From an uncultured Anaerolineales bacterium (GTDB taxonomy: Bacteria > Chloroflexota > Anaerolineae > Anaerolineales > UBA11858), in contig CAYORF010000003.1 of the NCBI GenBank assembly GCA_964406305.1, forward strand, positions 1,583 to 65,582: a stretch of DNA of 64,000 nucleotides, given 5' to 3'. Positions 62,609 through 64,000 of this stretch are shown piece by piece. Below the pieces are notes generated by a model that did not search any database, had not been told where the DNA came from, and was given only the letters and a program-made list of their open reading frames with translations. Each line of letters opens with the position of its first letter. Within the stretch, counting starts at the first letter, position 1. The position numbers were made by a program, and so were the translations under genes.

Positions 62609-64000
62609 ATGAATAATAAATTTGAGAAATTTTACAGTACTTCGAATGTTGGCAGCATCCTTATTGCCCTCCTGGTAGGTTTAGGCACAGGAATTGGAGC
62701 TGTTATTTTTAGGTATTTGATAACTTTTTTTGAGTTTGTAGGATATTCGTGGATCCCGGAGACTTTCCCGTCCCTTGGTAATCTTACAGTGGTTCTCGTG
62801 CCAGCTTTTGGCGGACTGATCGTAGGACTGCTGATATACAATTTTGCCCCGGAGGCCAAAGGCCATGGTGTCCCGGAGGTGATGGAAGCAGTTGCGCTAC
62901 ACGGTGGAAAGATCCGCCCGGTTGTCGCCCTCGTAAAATCACTTGCCTCTGCTATATCCATTGGAAGCGGTGGTTCAGTTGGGCGTGAAGGTCCTATTGT
63001 TCAAATTGGCAGTTCAATAGGATCAACCCTCGGCCAAAAATTACATCTATCCGATGAAAAGATCCGCATCCTGGTGGCTTGTGGCGCGGCAGGAGGTATT
63101 GCGGCAACATTTAATGCTCCCATCGCTGGTGTTATCTTTGCCCTTGAAATAATTATAGGTGAATTCAGTGTTAGGCACTTCAGCCTGGTCGTGATCTCGT
63201 CTGTGGCTTCCAGTATTGTCGGGCAGGCCGTTTTTGGTGATATTCCAGCCTTTTTTATCCCCGTGGAATACGGGATTACCTCATTATGGGAATTTGCATT
63301 TTACCCAGTCTTAAGTATTTTGGCAGCTTTTCTGGGAGTGATATTCGTAAAGTCGCTGTACTGGGCCGAGGACCTTTTCGGAGATTGGAAGGGTGTTCCA
63401 GAATGGCTGAAACCGATGATAGGGGGCGTTCTATTGGGAGGCTTGGCTTTATTATATCCGACCCTGACAGGTGTCCATTGGGAAGGCCTGCCGCAGATAT
63501 TCAACGTTGGCTATGAAATGATTGAGGAAGCCCTGGCTGGAAACCTGGTCTTGGGTGTAGCCTTCGCCCTTTTATTCCTGAAACTTTTAGCAACTATCCT
63601 GACCCTGGGTTCTGGAGGATCAGGTGGTGTATTTGCCCCCTCTTTATTTATGGGAGCGATGCTGGGAACTGTCTTTGAGTTGGGAGTTCGGAAAATTTTC
63701 CCTGCAGTAATAGCTCCTCCCGGGGCTTATGCGCTGATCGGTATGGCCGCGACATTCACAGCAGCAGCCCATGCGCCTATTACCGCCGTGATCATCCTTT
63801 TTGAACTTACTGGCGATTACCGGATCATTCTACCTCTCATGTTAACTGTTGTTATCACCACAATCGTATCCCAACAGCTCTTGAAGGGAGAGTCTATTTA
63901 TACCTTGAAACTTTCCCGACGAGGAGTCCACCTCAGCAGGGGCAGGGATGTGGATATCCTGGAAGGTGTTCTGGTCAAGGAAGTGATGTCACATGACTTT
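62609..64000 (+). CDS. ClC-family chloride channel / H+-Cl- exchanger with the start of a C-terminal CBS domain (3' end beyond window)
   Basis: My own translation from the ATG at 62609 stays open to the window end. It shows the selectivity motifs GSGGSVGREGP and GSGGSGGVFAPS, plus ELTGDY. It is absent from the ORF track because no stop lies within the window. Confidence 0.85.
   Translation, partial: MNNKFEKFYSTSNVGSILIALLVGLGTGIGAVIFRYLITFFEFVGYSWIPETFPSLGNLTVVLVPAFGGLIVGLLIYNFAPEAKGHGVPEVMEAVALHGGKIRPVVALVKSLASAISIGSGGSVGREGPIVQIGSSIGSTLGQKLHLSDEKIRILVACGAAGGIAATFNAPIAGVIFALEIIIGEFSVRHFSLVVISSVASSIVGQAVFGDIPAFFIPVEYGITSLWEFAFYPVLSILAAFLGVIFVKSLYWAEDLFGDWKGVPEWLKPMIGGVLLGGLALLYPTLTGVHWEGLPQIFNVGYEMIEEALAGNLVLGVAFALLFLKLLATILTLGSGGSGGVFAPSLFMGAMLGTVFELGVRKIFPAVIAPPGAYALIGMAATFTAAAHAPITAVIILFELTGDYRIILPLMLTVVITTIVSQQLLKGESIYTLKLSRRGVHLSRGRDVDILEGVLVKEVMSHDF

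Overview
All calls rest on reading the sequence and the ORF track and on motif recognition from memory; no homology search, RNA folding or statistics were run. The window is a dense, mostly housekeeping chromosomal segment. Gene content points to a Chloroflexota (Anaerolineae-like) bacterium, which is an inference: it has 'Chlor_Arch_YYY'/DUF2298 giant membrane proteins and isopentenyl-phosphate kinase together with mevalonate kinase.

Recognisable core genes:
- Translation and RNA: rnpB (RNase P RNA), rpsT, argS, rpsP, a KH-protein gene, rimM, lepA, tlyA-like, and four tRNAs (Arg-GCG, Ser-GCU, Ser-UGA, Leu-CAG).
- Replication, transcription and related: dprA, topA, greA, a dGTPase-like gene, rpoC (no adjacent rpoB), gyrA.
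- Other: ffh, surE, cmk, a plsC-like gene, a partial ClC channel.

The most interesting region is 30.3-45.5 kb. It is a tightly packed co-directional module encoding a flippase-like protein, a sugar epimerase, a GT4 glycosyltransferase, a methyltransferase and four very large polytopic GT-C-like membrane proteins. Two of these belong to the function-unknown YYY family, and one is a 1604-aa fusion. Elsewhere in the window are a decaprenyl-phosphate phosphoribosyltransferase-like UbiA enzyme, an alternative-mevalonate-pathway operon, a GDP-mannose synthesis gene and an LCP ligase. Together these suggest an uncharacterised lipid-linked envelope-glycan assembly system.

Other notable items:
- Ribosomal protein S16 fused through a (Pro-Glu)n repeat to an E2-type peripheral-subunit-binding domain.
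- An atypical OmpR-type response regulator.
- An orphan beta-class DNA methyltransferase.
- Promoter/terminator-like leader structures upstream of ffh, rpoC and gyrA.

I saw no CRISPR array, integrase, transposase or obvious defence island.
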